A stretch of DNA of 32,000 nucleotides from Synechococcus sp. A15-28 (lineage in GTDB: Bacteria > Cyanobacteriota > Cyanobacteriia > PCC-6307 > Cyanobiaceae), in assembly GCF_014280175.1 (NCBI RefSeq), contig NZ_CP047931.1:1410001-1442000 (forward strand), given 5' to 3'. The number at the start of each line of letters is the position of its first letter. Position 1 is the stretch's first letter. The translations under genes and the position numbers were made by a program. This document shows, in pieces, positions 15,348-24,850 of this stretch. The notes below the pieces were generated by a model. The model was not told where the DNA came from. It did no database searches and worked only from the letters and a program-made list of their open reading frames with translations.

Positions 15348-16232
15348 CTAACCCGTGATCAGTCGGGTCAAAGCCTGCTGAACGTCCTGCTGTCGCATCA
15401 GCGCTTCGCCGACCAGCACGGCATCGGCACCGGCGGTCTGCACACGGTCCAGGTCTGACCGCTCAAACAGACCCGATTCACTCACCAGCAATGCGCCCTG
15501 ATCGCGCAGTCGCTCGCCGAAACGCTGCATGAGCTGCTCTGTTGTGGCCAGATCCGTCTCAAAACTGGCGAGATCACGGTTGTTGATCCCGATCAAGGGA
15601 AAGCCCCCAAGGTTGAGCACCCGCTCCATCTCGGCGGCATCGTGCACTTCGACGAGCACATCCAGTCCCAGAGCAGCAGCGGCCTTCTGCAGATACTGCA
15701 GATCCTGATCCGTCAGGATCGCTGCGATCAGCAACACGGCATCGGCACCGGCCGCACGGGCCTGGAACAACTGATACGGGCTGAGGACGAACTCCTTGCA
15801 CAGCAAGGGCAGCTCCACCGCCTGGCGCACCTCGACCAGAACGTCGAATCCCCCCTGAAAAAAGGTCTTGTCCGTGAGAACGGAGAGGCAGCGTGCCCCG
15901 CCTGCCGCGTAGGCCTTGGCGATGGCCACAGGGTCAAAGTCGTCGCGGATCACCCCTTTGCTGGGGCTGGCCTTCTTCACTTCAGCGATCACTGCAGGCT
16001 GAACCGGGGCCTCGCGCAGAGCCGCCAGAAAATCCCGCGTGGGCGGCAGATCCTCGATCTGACATTTGAGGGTCTGCAACGGCACCCGCTCGCGGGCCGC
16101 ATCCACCTCACGGTCCTTGGCCCAGACGATCTTTTCAAGGATGTTTCTGGGTTCCTCCTCATCGTGGGGAACGGCGTACTCCAGGTGCGCCACGCGCACC
16201 TTGGGGTTGGGGGGACGACGTCGGATCTCCAT
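15348..16232 (-). CDS. trpC: Indole-3-glycerol phosphate synthase
   Basis: 294 aa with [23 protein letters not shown] and IGINNRDL motifs. Confidence 0.9.
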   Translation of the reverse strand: MEIRRRPPNPKVRVAHLEYAVPHDEEEPRNILEKIVWAKDREVDAARERVPLQTLKCQIEDLPPTRDFLAALREAPVQPAVIAEVKKASPSKGVIRDDFDPVAIAKAYAAGGARCLSVLTDKTFFQGGFDVLVEVRQAVELPLLCKEFVLSPYQLFQARAAGADAVLLIAAILTDQDLQYLQKAAAALGLDVLVEVHDAAEMERVLNLGGFPLIGINNRDLASFETDLATTEQLMQRFGERLRDQGALLVSESGLFERSDLDRVQTAGADAVLVGEALMRQQDVQQALTRLITG

Positions 16233-16259
16233 GGCAATCGGGATGAAAGGGGGAGGGCT

Positions 16260-17702
16260 TCAGGCGCTGAGCTGGGTGGCAGCCTGCTTGTAGGCCACTT
16301 CCACGACTTCACTGAGCGTTGGGTGCGTGTGCACCTCAGTGGACAGCTGACGGACGCTCTGACGACGGGCCACCGCATTGGCCACTTCCTGAATCAGATC
16401 AGCGGCGTGAAGTCCGTAGATGTGGGCGCCCAACACTTCTCCACTGGTTTTGTTGAACAGCAGCTTCATCAGACCATCGCTCTCCAGCTCGGCCAGTGCC
16501 TTGGAATTGGCCTTGAAATAGCTGCGAACCGCACCCAGATCGAAGCCCTCCTCGGCGGCGAGCTTTCTGGCATCGGCTTCGCTCAGACCAACGGAACTGA
16601 TTTCAGGATGGGTGAAGGTGGCTGCCGGGATGCTGCGGTAATCGATCTCGCGGCTGTGGCCAAGGATGTTGTCCACGGCAACCGTGCCCTGAGCCGCCGC
16701 CGTGTGGGCCAGCATCAACTTGCCCGTGAGGTCACCGACAGCCCAGAGATGAGGCACGGGCTGATCGTTGACCAGCACACGCATCTGGTCGTCGATGGGG
16801 ACAAAACCTCGGTTGGTTTCCACGTTCAACGTCTCGAGATTGAGCCCCTTGCTGCTGGGAACCCTGCCCGTGGCCACCAGCACGGCATCCACCTCAAGGG
16901 TCTCCACCAGCTCCCGGCTGCTGAAATCAGCCAGTTCGATCTGCACCGGACAACCTGGGGTGACCTTGCGGGCCAGGAGACCGGAGCGCGCATCGATGTC
17001 GCGGCTGTCGATGAGATGGCGACCGGCGATCTTGGCGATGTCTGGATCGAAGGTGGGCATCACCTTGTCCATCGCTTCGATCATGGTCACTTCACACCCC
17101 AGTGCGGTGTACACATCGGCGAATTCAAGGCCGATGTAACCGCTGCCGATGATGGCAATCCAACGGGGCAGCCACTCGAGGTTGATGGCTTCATCGCTGG
17201 TGAAGACCGTCCGTCCATCGGTCTCAATGCCCGGCGGGACAAACGGATCGGAACCTGTGGCCAGGATGACGTCCTTGGCGGTGATGACCCGATCGACGCC
17301 ACTGGGCTCACGCAGCCCGACCCGCTGAGATCCCTCCAGACGCCCATGGCCACGAAGGATGGTCACCCCCGCTCTTTCAAGGGTCTTTGTGAGGTTGGTG
17401 CGGATCGCCTGCACCAGGTTGTTGGCGTGGTCAGCGATCTTCTGGCGCTCGAAGCGAACAGGAGCCGCATGGATCCCGAAACTGGCGAGGTGCTGATCAT
17501 CCGCCAGTTCCCGCACCTTGCCGCTGGCGGCGAGGAGCGCCTTGGACGGCACACAGCCGCGGTTGACGCAGGTGCCCCCCATGTCCCGCGATTCGACGAT
17601 GGCGGTTTTGAGGCCGTGCTCTGCGGCATGTTTGGCGGCATCGAATCCGCCGTAGCCGGCACCGATGACGATGACGTCGAAGTCGAAGCTGGCGTCGCTC
17701 AC
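16260..17702 (-). CDS. lpdA: Dihydrolipoyl dehydrogenase (E3)
   Basis: It has the FAD-binding site DVIVIGAGYGG, the redox-active disulfide GGTCVNRGCVPSK, and the C-terminal HTHPTLSE. The likely start is GTG 17702, overlapping the upstream stop as GTGA. The track extension to 17828 overlaps the methyltransferase gene. Confidence 0.9.
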   Translation of the reverse strand: MSDASFDFDVIVIGAGYGGFDAAKHAAEHGLKTAIVESRDMGGTCVNRGCVPSKALLAASGKVRELADDQHLASFGIHAAPVRFERQKIADHANNLVQAIRTNLTKTLERAGVTILRGHGRLEGSQRVGLREPSGVDRVITAKDVILATGSDPFVPPGIETDGRTVFTSDEAINLEWLPRWIAIIGSGYIGLEFADVYTALGCEVTMIEAMDKVMPTFDPDIAKIAGRHLIDSRDIDARSGLLARKVTPGCPVQIELADFSSRELVETLEVDAVLVATGRVPSSKGLNLETLNVETNRGFVPIDDQMRVLVNDQPVPHLWAVGDLTGKLMLAHTAAAQGTVAVDNILGHSREIDYRSIPAATFTHPEISSVGLSEADARKLAAEEGFDLGAVRSYFKANSKALAELESDGLMKLLFNKTSGEVLGAHIYGLHAADLIQEVANAVARRQSVRQLSTEVHTHPTLSEVVEVAYKQAATQLSA

Positions 17703-18547
17703 CCGGACTGCTGCGATGTGGCCGTCATTGTCGCCCGTCGACGCTCCAGCAGGAGAGGCACGGCGGCGGCGGCCACATTCAGTGACTCCACCCGGGGACT
17801 GTGGGGCAGGGTCACGGCATGGGTGCAACAGGCCAGCAGCTCCGGATGAAGTCCTGACCCCTCTGTGCCGAGCACAAGGGCCGTGGGCAGACGCCAGTTC
17901 AGATCCCAGTAGGGCACCGCTTGCAGCGGAGCAGCTGAATCCGGAACGAGGGTGGCCACCACCTGCATCCCATCGGCGGCAAGACGTTTCAGTTCGTCCT
18001 TTAGTTGGCTGATCGCAGTGTCTTCATCAGGTCCAAAGCGGTGATGGGGCAGCTGAAGCAATGCTCCGGCTGAAGCCCGAAGGCTTTTGCTGCCGAGCGG
18101 GTCAACCCCTGATCCCAGCCAGACGTTCTGAACATCGGCCGCCAGTGCCGTCCGCAGCAACGTTCCAAGATTGCCTGGATCCTGAATCCGATCCAGTACA
18201 AGCAGGAAATGCACGTCCGTCGGTGGATTCGGCAGAACGTTGAAGGGGCACACGCACGCCACTCCGTCCGGTGTGGTGGTGCTCAATGCCGCTGTCAGCA
18301 CCTCATCGGTGACCAGACGACGTGGTGTCGAGGCTCCCAGCTGCTCCAGGAGATGGAGGTGGTGCTGACACCATCGCTCCGTGGCAACCAACTCCACCGG
18401 CTTGAGATTGCAACGAATCAGCTCCTGCAGAAGATGGGTGCCCTCAAGCAGCAGCAGCTCTTCGTCCTCTCGACCTTTTCGACTGGACAACGACCGCAAC
18501 CGCTTGACCAGGGGGTTCCTGCGACTGCTGATCAGGGAATCCGACAC
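17699..18547 (-). CDS. TrmH/SpoU-family RNA 2'-O-methyltransferase
   Basis: 282 aa with SpoU motifs LVLDRIQDPGNLGTLLRTA, LVLGTEGSGL and ESLNVAAAA. Confidence 0.85.
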   Translation of the reverse strand: MSDSLISSRRNPLVKRLRSLSSRKGREDEELLLLEGTHLLQELIRCNLKPVELVATERWCQHHLHLLEQLGASTPRRLVTDEVLTAALSTTTPDGVACVCPFNVLPNPPTDVHFLLVLDRIQDPGNLGTLLRTALAADVQNVWLGSGVDPLGSKSLRASAGALLQLPHHRFGPDEDTAISQLKDELKRLAADGMQVVATLVPDSAAPLQAVPYWDLNWRLPTALVLGTEGSGLHPELLACCTHAVTLPHSPRVESLNVAAAAVPLLLERRRATMTATSQQSG

Positions 18548-18564
18548 ACCCGACTGGCTGATCT

Positions 18565-18813
18565 TCAGAAGATTGTGTGCTTGCGAACCTTCAATTCTTT
18601 ATGGAAGGAGAGATCTGAACCTTCGAGATCAAGGCCATTAATGGCGGCGATTTCTCCTTTCAGTCCCTCAGCCGCAAGATTTTCGATCAACTTGTTGATG
18701 ACCTGATCTTCAACGGCAGCCTGATCAACTGAGTCAGGGGTCAAACGTTCAAGAAAGCGACCGACCTTGGCTGCGACGACCTCAGATGCGTTTGAAATCT
18801 TCAGGACGATCAT
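18565..18813 (-). CDS. Small conserved hypothetical protein, 82 aa
   Basis: ATG at 18813 (MIVLKISNASEVV...). The track's longer version runs into the tRNA-Leu gene. Confidence 0.5.
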   Translation of the reverse strand: MIVLKISNASEVVAAKVGRFLERLTPDSVDQAAVEDQVINKLIENLAAEGLKGEIAAINGLDLEGSDLSFHKELKVRKHTIF

Positions 18814-18847
18814 GACGGCGGAGAGGACCTTCTCCTGTAAACGGTAG

Positions 18848-18931
18848 TGCGGATGGGGAGACTTGAACTCCCACGATGTTGCCACCACTAGTACCTGAAA
18901 CTAGCGCGTCTACCAATTCCGCCACATCCGC
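18848..18931 (-). tRNA. tRNA-Leu (anticodon CAG)
   Basis: Hand-folded cloverleaf: acceptor GCGGATG/CATCCGC, anticodon stem CTAGT/ACTAG with loop TTCAGGT, a long variable arm, and T-arm GGGAG-TTCAAGT-CTCCC. CCA is not encoded. Confidence 0.85.
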
Positions 18932-19087
18932 TGGCGTGTCGCCCAAGCGACCAAGTGAACATACGGCATCGCCCCCCAGACCCCGAACCTGCAATTTGGT
19001 AATCGTTGAAACCAGTTTCGGCGCCGGCCGTCTAGACGGTCTCAGATCTGGTTGTCAAACTGCTTGCAATTGGGTGCAGGGCGTGAA

Positions 19088-20389
19088 ATGACAGCGACGT
19101 CCGCGGTGTCTCAGGAGATTCTCAATCCTCATCTTTGCATTGAGGGCCGTCGACGTCTTCAAGGGGTTCTGAAGGTCAGCGGAGCCAAAAATTCAGCCCT
19201 GGTCCTGATGACTGCTGGGCTGCTCACTGATGAGACTGTGGAACTGACCAATGTTCCCAATCTCACCGACATCAGCGGCATGGGCAGGATCCTGTCTGCC
19301 CTCGGCGTCGAGGTTCACCACTCAGGAGACAGCGTCGTCCTGAACGCCGCAAACCTCACCAGTCACGAACCCCCCTACGAACTGGTCAACAGCCTTCGCG
19401 CCAGCTTTTTCTGCATCGGTTCACTGCTGGGCCGCTTGGGTCAGGCCAGGGTGCCCCTACCAGGCGGTTGTCGTATCGGCGCTCGCCCCGTTGTTGAACA
19501 CATCCGCGGTCTCAAAGCGCTGGGAGCACTTGTCAGCGTGGAACACGGCATCGTGACCGCCTCCGTCAAAGGCAGCCGCAAGCGTCTGACAGGGGCGCCG
19601 ATCGTTCTGGACTGTCCAAGCGTTGGGGCCACCGAAACACTGCTGATGGCGGCGGTGCTGGCCGATGGCACTACCACGATTGAAAACGCTGCCCAGGAAC
19701 CCGAAGTTCAGGATCTGGCCAATCTGCTGAGTCAGATGGGTGCCGACATCAGCGGCGCCGGAGGACCGGTGATCACCATTCAGGGTGTCGAACGTCTCCA
19801 TGGAGTTCGCAACTATCCGGTCATCCCGGACCGCATCGAAGCGGGCACGTTCCTGTTGGCAGCAGCGATCACCCGATCACCCATTCGGGTGGAACCCGTG
19901 ACTCCAGAACACCTGAGCGCTGTGCTGCAGAAGCTTCGGGACTGCGGCTGCCAACTGGAGATTGATCACCGGGGAATTTCCATCACCCCTGGTGACATTC
20001 AGGCGGTCGACATCACCACCCAACCTTTCCCTGGTTTTCCGACCGATCTTCAGGCTCCGTTCATGGCACTGATGACCACGGCCAAGGGCACCAGCGTGAT
20101 CAGCGAAAAGATTTACGAGAACAGGCTTCAACACGTCGCTGAACTGCAGCGCATGGGCGCCTCCATCCGCGTTGAAGGCAGCACGGCCATTGTTGAAGGG
20201 GTGTCTCAGCTCAGCTCAGCCCCCGTCACCGGAAGTGACCTGAGAGCTGCAGCGGCCATGGTGCTAGCGGGTCTGGCGGCGAATGGCACCACCAAGGTGT
20301 CCGGGCTCAAGCATCTCGATCGTGGCTACGACAATGTCGAAGAAAAGTTGAACGCCGTTGGTGCGAACTTAAAGCGACAGCAGAGCTGA
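19088..20389 (+). CDS. murA: UDP-N-acetylglucosamine 1-carboxyvinyltransferase
   Basis: The sequence contains VSGAKNSAL, LPGGCRIGARPV (active-site Cys) and FPGFPTDLQ. The start is ATG 19088. Confidence 0.9.
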   Translation: MTATSAVSQEILNPHLCIEGRRRLQGVLKVSGAKNSALVLMTAGLLTDETVELTNVPNLTDISGMGRILSALGVEVHHSGDSVVLNAANLTSHEPPYELVNSLRASFFCIGSLLGRLGQARVPLPGGCRIGARPVVEHIRGLKALGALVSVEHGIVTASVKGSRKRLTGAPIVLDCPSVGATETLLMAAVLADGTTTIENAAQEPEVQDLANLLSQMGADISGAGGPVITIQGVERLHGVRNYPVIPDRIEAGTFLLAAAITRSPIRVEPVTPEHLSAVLQKLRDCGCQLEIDHRGISITPGDIQAVDITTQPFPGFPTDLQAPFMALMTTAKGTSVISEKIYENRLQHVAELQRMGASIRVEGSTAIVEGVSQLSSAPVTGSDLRAAAAMVLAGLAANGTTKVSGLKHLDRGYDNVEEKLNAVGANLKRQQS

Positions 20390-20423
20390 ATTCGGGGGCA
20401 TCACTACATACAATCCCTGATAC

Positions 20424-20506
20424 GGGAGCCTGGCGGAATTGGTAGACGCAGCTGACTCAAAATCAGCCGGCCACTGGTCTTGGGGGTTCAAGTCCCCCGG
20501 CTCCCA
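20424..20506 (+). tRNA. tRNA-Leu (anticodon CAA)
   Basis: Acceptor GGGAGCC/GGCTCCC, anticodon stem GCTGA/TCAGC with loop CTCAAAA, a long variable arm, and T-arm GGGGG-TTCAAGT-CCCCC. Confidence 0.85.
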
Positions 20507-20519
20507 TCCAGAGGCGGTG

Positions 20520-21701
20520 ATGAACACCTACAACCGCTTTCCCCTCACGCTTGTGCGAGGTCGTGGTTGCTGGGTCTGGGATGACCACGGCCATCGCTAT
20601 CTCGACGCCGTTGCCGGCATCGCCACCGACACCCTTGGGCACAGCGACCGAGCCCTACGCCGCAGCCTCAGCCGTCAACTCCGACGACTCCAGCACGTTT
20701 CCAATCTGTACCGGATTCCGGAACAGGAGGCCCTGGCCACCTGGTTGGTGCAGCACAGCTGCGCCGACAGCGTTTTTTTCTGCAACTCCGGAGCCGAAGC
20801 CAATGAAGCCGCCATCAAGCTCGCCCGCAAGCACGGCCACCTGAAACGCGGTATCAACCGGCCACGGATCCTCACCGCTTCAGCCAGCTTCCATGGCCGC
20901 ACCCTTGCCGCGGTGAGTGCCACCGGGCAGCCCCGCTACCACCAGGGCTTTGAACCGATCGTTGAAGGTTTCGACTACTTCCCTTACAACGACATTCATG
21001 CCTTCGAGTCCCTGCTCGAACGCCATGAAGCCAATGGGCCGGCGGTGGCGGCTGTGTTGCTTGAACCTCTTCAGGGTGAAGGGGGAGTTCACCCGGGTGA
21101 TGCCGCTTTCTTCCAGCGCCTTCGTCATCTCTGCTGTGAGCGCAACATCCTGTTGATCCTTGATGAAGTGCAGGTGGGCATGGGCCGCAGTGGTCGGCTC
21201 TGGGGCTACGAACAGCTCGGCATTGAGCCGGACGCTTTCACCCTGGCCAAGGGACTGGGGGGCGGCCACGCCATCGGTGCCCTGCTGGTGAATTCCAAGG
21301 CGGATGTGTTTGAGCCCGGTGATCACGCCAGTACGTTTGGCGGCAACCCCTTTGCCTGCACCGCTGGACTGACGGTGGCCCGGGAGATCGAACGCAGGGG
21401 ATTGCTTCGCCATGTGGAGGAGCGTGGCCAGCAGCTGCAGCGGGGACTCGAGGCGCTCGTCGCCCGATACCCCAGGGTTCTGCAGGGAGTGCGCGGATGG
21501 GGCCTGCTGCAAGGCCTCGTGCTTCATCAGGACTCTGGTGTCACAGCACCACAACTGGCAAAGGCCGCCATTGAGCAACGCCTTCTGCTGGTGGCCGCTG
21601 GTGCGACGGTGCTGAGGATGGTGCCTCCACTGGTGATCTCAGCCCATGAGGTGCGCCAATTGCTCAGACGACTGGACGCGACCCTCGCTGGGCTGAGCTG
21701 A
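20520..21701 (+). CDS. argD: Acetylornithine aminotransferase (class III PLP aminotransferase)
   Basis: The sequence contains NSGAEANEAAIKLARK, ILDEVQVGMGRSG and TFGGNP. The start is ATG 20520. The track start at 20439 overlaps tRNA-Leu. Confidence 0.9.
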   Translation: MNTYNRFPLTLVRGRGCWVWDDHGHRYLDAVAGIATDTLGHSDRALRRSLSRQLRRLQHVSNLYRIPEQEALATWLVQHSCADSVFFCNSGAEANEAAIKLARKHGHLKRGINRPRILTASASFHGRTLAAVSATGQPRYHQGFEPIVEGFDYFPYNDIHAFESLLERHEANGPAVAAVLLEPLQGEGGVHPGDAAFFQRLRHLCCERNILLILDEVQVGMGRSGRLWGYEQLGIEPDAFTLAKGLGGGHAIGALLVNSKADVFEPGDHASTFGGNPFACTAGLTVAREIERRGLLRHVEERGQQLQRGLEALVARYPRVLQGVRGWGLLQGLVLHQDSGVTAPQLAKAAIEQRLLLVAAGATVLRMVPPLVISAHEVRQLLRRLDATLAGLS

Positions 21702-21709
21702 TCGCCGCG

Positions 21710-22933
21710 ATGGCGGAACAGCAACTGTCGGATCTGATCCCACGCTTTGACCTGCGGGGCATGGATCTGCAACTCGAGCGGATGCGCCATGCCATCCAGG
21801 CACTCGGATCGCCCTGTGGTGACATCCCCGCGATTCAGGTGGCTGGCACCAACGGCAAGGGGTCGATTGTCAGCTTCCTGAGCGCAGCACTGCAGCAAGC
21901 CAGCATCCACAGCGGCGTGACCACCTCCCCCCATCTAGTGAGCTGGTGTGAACGGATCGCAATCGATGGAATTCCGATCAGCGAGACCCAGCTCCGCCAG
22001 CTCCTACTGGCCCAGAAACAGCTCTGCGCCAAACATCAGCTCACCCCCTTCGAACAACTTCTGATCGCAGCCCTGGCGCACTTCCATGTCGAATCGGTGG
22101 ATCTGCTGGTAATGGAGGTGGGCTTAGGGGGTCGTCTGGATGCCACCACGGCCCATCCCAATCGACCGGTGATCGCCATGGCCAGCATCGGCCTCGACCA
22201 CTGCGAACACCTGGGATCCACCCTGACGGCCATCGCCGCTGAGAAAGCCGCAGTGATCACCCCCGGTGCTCGGGTGATCAGCGCTGAGCAACCGGAAGCA
22301 GTGCGGGATGTGCTGGAGCAGACCTGCAGCGCCAACAACGCCGATCTGCAGTGGGTCGATCCCTTACCCAAAGACTGGTCCCTGGGCCTGGCAGGGGATT
22401 GGCAGCGACGCAACGCCGCCGTGGCCCGTGGCGCGTTGCAGGCCCTGGATCGTCTGGGATGGAGTCTTGATGAGGCCACCATCCGGGCTGGATTGGCCCA
22501 GGCCCGTTGGCGCGGCCGCCTGCAGACTGTGACCTGGCAGGGCCATCCACTTCTCCTCGATGGCGCCCACAACCCACCCGCCGCGGAGCAACTGGCCCTG
22601 GAACGGCAGCGCTGGCAGGGCCAGGAGCAGGGTGTGGTGTGGATCCTTGGAATCCAGGCCCACAAGCAGGCGGTGGAGATGCTGCAGCTGTTGCTGCAGC
22701 CGCAGGATCAGGCCTGGATCGTGCCGGTTCCCAATCACCGCAGCTGGACGCGTGACGCTCTCGTGCAAGAGAAACAGCACTGGGGAGACCAGCTCAGGGA
22801 TGCCAGCAGCGCTGATGATGCACTGAAGCGGATCGAGGAAACCAGTGGCTGGCCTCAGCCGATGCCTGTGCTGGCGGGCTCCCTGTATCTGATCGGGGAT
22901 CTGCTCGAGCGGCGGCTGGTGCAGGCAGAGTGA
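21710..22933 (+). CDS. folC: Bifunctional folylpolyglutamate synthase / dihydrofolate synthase
   Basis: It has the Mur-ligase-type P-loop VAGTNGKGS, then EVGLGGRLDAT and LDGAHNP. Confidence 0.85.
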   Translation: MAEQQLSDLIPRFDLRGMDLQLERMRHAIQALGSPCGDIPAIQVAGTNGKGSIVSFLSAALQQASIHSGVTTSPHLVSWCERIAIDGIPISETQLRQLLLAQKQLCAKHQLTPFEQLLIAALAHFHVESVDLLVMEVGLGGRLDATTAHPNRPVIAMASIGLDHCEHLGSTLTAIAAEKAAVITPGARVISAEQPEAVRDVLEQTCSANNADLQWVDPLPKDWSLGLAGDWQRRNAAVARGALQALDRLGWSLDEATIRAGLAQARWRGRLQTVTWQGHPLLLDGAHNPPAAEQLALERQRWQGQEQGVVWILGIQAHKQAVEMLQLLLQPQDQAWIVPVPNHRSWTRDALVQEKQHWGDQLRDASSADDALKRIEETSGWPQPMPVLAGSLYLIGDLLERRLVQAE

Positions 22934-23469
22934 GTTCCTCCCGCACCGGATCGATGCTGACCTTGTTGCTGTCGCTGCTGTTGCCTCTGCTGGTCCTCGT
23001 GCTGCCCGCCACCGCCCTCGACACCTCCGCTGGCGTTGGCCTGCAGGACCGGGCGCTGTTCCAGGAAACCGTGGACTACACCCTGACCAACCAGAGCGGT
23101 GGCGATTTTCACGGTCAGCATCTGGCCAACACCTCCTTTGCCGGTGCTGTGGGCCGAGGGGCGGATTTCAGCGGTGCCGACCTGCACGGGGCGATCTTCA
23201 CCCAGGGCGCTTTTGCCGAGGCGAATTTCAGCGGCGCGGACTTATCCGATGCACTGATGGATCGAGCCGACTTCGCCGGCACAGATCTGCGCGACGCCGT
23301 TCTGACGGGAATCATCGCGTCGGGCAGCAGCTTCAGCGATGCGCGGATTGAGGGAGCTGACTTCAGCGATGCCCTGCTGGATATGGATGACCAACGCCGC
23401 CTCTGCCGCGACGCCGACGGGGTCAACCCTGCGACGGGTGTGGCGACCCTGGACAGCCTGGGCTGCTGA
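22930..23469 (+). CDS. Pentapeptide-repeat protein with N-terminal signal peptide
   Basis: It has a hydrophobic leader (MLTLLLSLLLPLLVLVLPATA) followed by tandem A(D/N)(L/F)xx repeats (GADFSGADLHGAIFTQGAFAEANFSGADLSDA...). GTG 22930 overlaps the folC stop, and ATG 22954 is an alternative start. Confidence 0.8.
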   Translation: MSSSRTGSMLTLLLSLLLPLLVLVLPATALDTSAGVGLQDRALFQETVDYTLTNQSGGDFHGQHLANTSFAGAVGRGADFSGADLHGAIFTQGAFAEANFSGADLSDALMDRADFAGTDLRDAVLTGIIASGSSFSDARIEGADFSDALLDMDDQRRLCRDADGVNPATGVATLDSLGC

Positions 23470-24817
23470 TCGACTCCAACCAGCCCCTCAGCTTGCCAGG
23501 GTTGAGCAGACCATTGGGGTCGAAGCGCTGCTTGGCGGCGACCTGATCGCCATCAACCACTCCGAGTCCACCGTCTTCAACGGTGATCACATGGGGGTTG
23601 AACAGAACCGCTCCCACCTCACGGCAGTCCGTCATCAACGCGTCCAGTTGCTCGGCGCTGGTCCAGCGGACCAGGGGGAGCGCCGCCAAACGCGCTGCCC
23701 CCTGCTGACGGACCCCTTCCAGATGCCAGAGCAAGGCATCACCCCAACGCTGCTTCAGATGGTCCATAGCCGGCAACTCCGGCTCCGGCAGCAGCATCTG
23801 CAGATAAGTCCAGCCGGCATCAGCGGACCGCATGTGCAGCGTGGTGTGGTTCCAACTCAACTCGCGGATCCCCTGGCCCCCGGCCAGATCCTCTGGGCCT
23901 AGGTCGTGCAGCACCGCGCCGGATGCCGCAGCCAGTCGGGCCAGGGTGTCCACCCCATCCGGGGCCACCAGCAACAGCAGACGGTGGCCGTTGGGTTCAG
24001 GACCACTCCATGGGGGTAGGGAATCCAGAACGGACCTCTCCAGCAGCGTCGCCAGGTGCAGCTCCAGCGCAGAACGGCTGCAGCGCTGCAGCAGGGCCAC
24101 CGCTGCGCTCCAGGTCTCCACATCAATGCTGATCTGGTGCCAATCCACTACAGGCGCGGTGGCCAACTGCAATCGGGTGACGATGCCGTTGGTGCCGTAT
24201 GCATGGTTCAAGGCTTCCGCCTCGGTGGCATCCAGTTGCAGACGTCGAGGTGTCGATTCCATCGTGATCACCTCGGCACCCAGCAGATGGCCTGGATCCC
24301 GCAGGAAACCCCAGCGGATTGAGCCGATGCCACCGGAACCACCGGCTAAAAATCCACCGATGGATGCGCTGCGCCAGGTGCTGGGCAGCAGTCGTAGCTG
24401 GCGGCCATGGGCTCGCAGATGCTGATCGAGATCCCGCATCAGGCAACCGGGCTGAACCGTCACCACACCCGTGGATGGATCCAGGAGCTCCACCTCGCGC
24501 AGGGAGCCACAGAGCATGACGACTCCACCCTCAAGCGGGACGCACTGGCCGTAGTTGCCGGTGCCAGAACCACGCAGGGTCAGCGGAACGCCATGGCGTC
24601 CGCAGGCCGCTGCCAATCGCTCCACTCCAGCAACAGTGATGGGCCGGACCACAAGATCGGCTCTGCAGGGCGAAAGCCTCGGTTGCAGGATCGGGGAATA
24701 GTCGTAGAAATCCTTGGAATAGCGCTGCAGGTCAGCGTCGCCGCACAGCAACTCCAGCTCGTGGTCGGTGGCGAGCTCCGCCGCCAGGGCTGCCAGGGAT
24801 TCCGAAGACGCCATCAC
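23423..24817 (-). CDS. FAD-binding oxidoreductase (FAD/PCMH-type, GlcD/D-lactate dehydrogenase-like)
   Basis: 464 aa. The N-terminal FAD-binding domain reads PLTLRGSGTGNYGQ. The 3' end overlaps the convergent pentapeptide gene by 47 nt. Confidence 0.75.
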   Translation of the reverse strand: MMASSESLAALAAELATDHELELLCGDADLQRYSKDFYDYSPILQPRLSPCRADLVVRPITVAGVERLAAACGRHGVPLTLRGSGTGNYGQCVPLEGGVVMLCGSLREVELLDPSTGVVTVQPGCLMRDLDQHLRAHGRQLRLLPSTWRSASIGGFLAGGSGGIGSIRWGFLRDPGHLLGAEVITMESTPRRLQLDATEAEALNHAYGTNGIVTRLQLATAPVVDWHQISIDVETWSAAVALLQRCSRSALELHLATLLERSVLDSLPPWSGPEPNGHRLLLLVAPDGVDTLARLAAASGAVLHDLGPEDLAGGQGIRELSWNHTTLHMRSADAGWTYLQMLLPEPELPAMDHLKQRWGDALLWHLEGVRQQGAARLAALPLVRWTSAEQLDALMTDCREVGAVLFNPHVITVEDGGLGVVDGDQVAAKQRFDPNGLLNPGKLRGWLESISSPGCPGSPHPSQG

Positions 24818-24850
24818 CGTGGTGGACCAACAGGGTGCGGTCTAGCGCCT

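Noticed and set aside
15642-17849. 735-aa ORF on the + strand, the longest in the window
   Set aside because: It lies entirely antisense to trpC and lpdA, both of which have unambiguous catalytic motifs. Its translation is low-complexity and rich in G, R, A and H, as expected when the opposite strand of GC-rich coding DNA is read.
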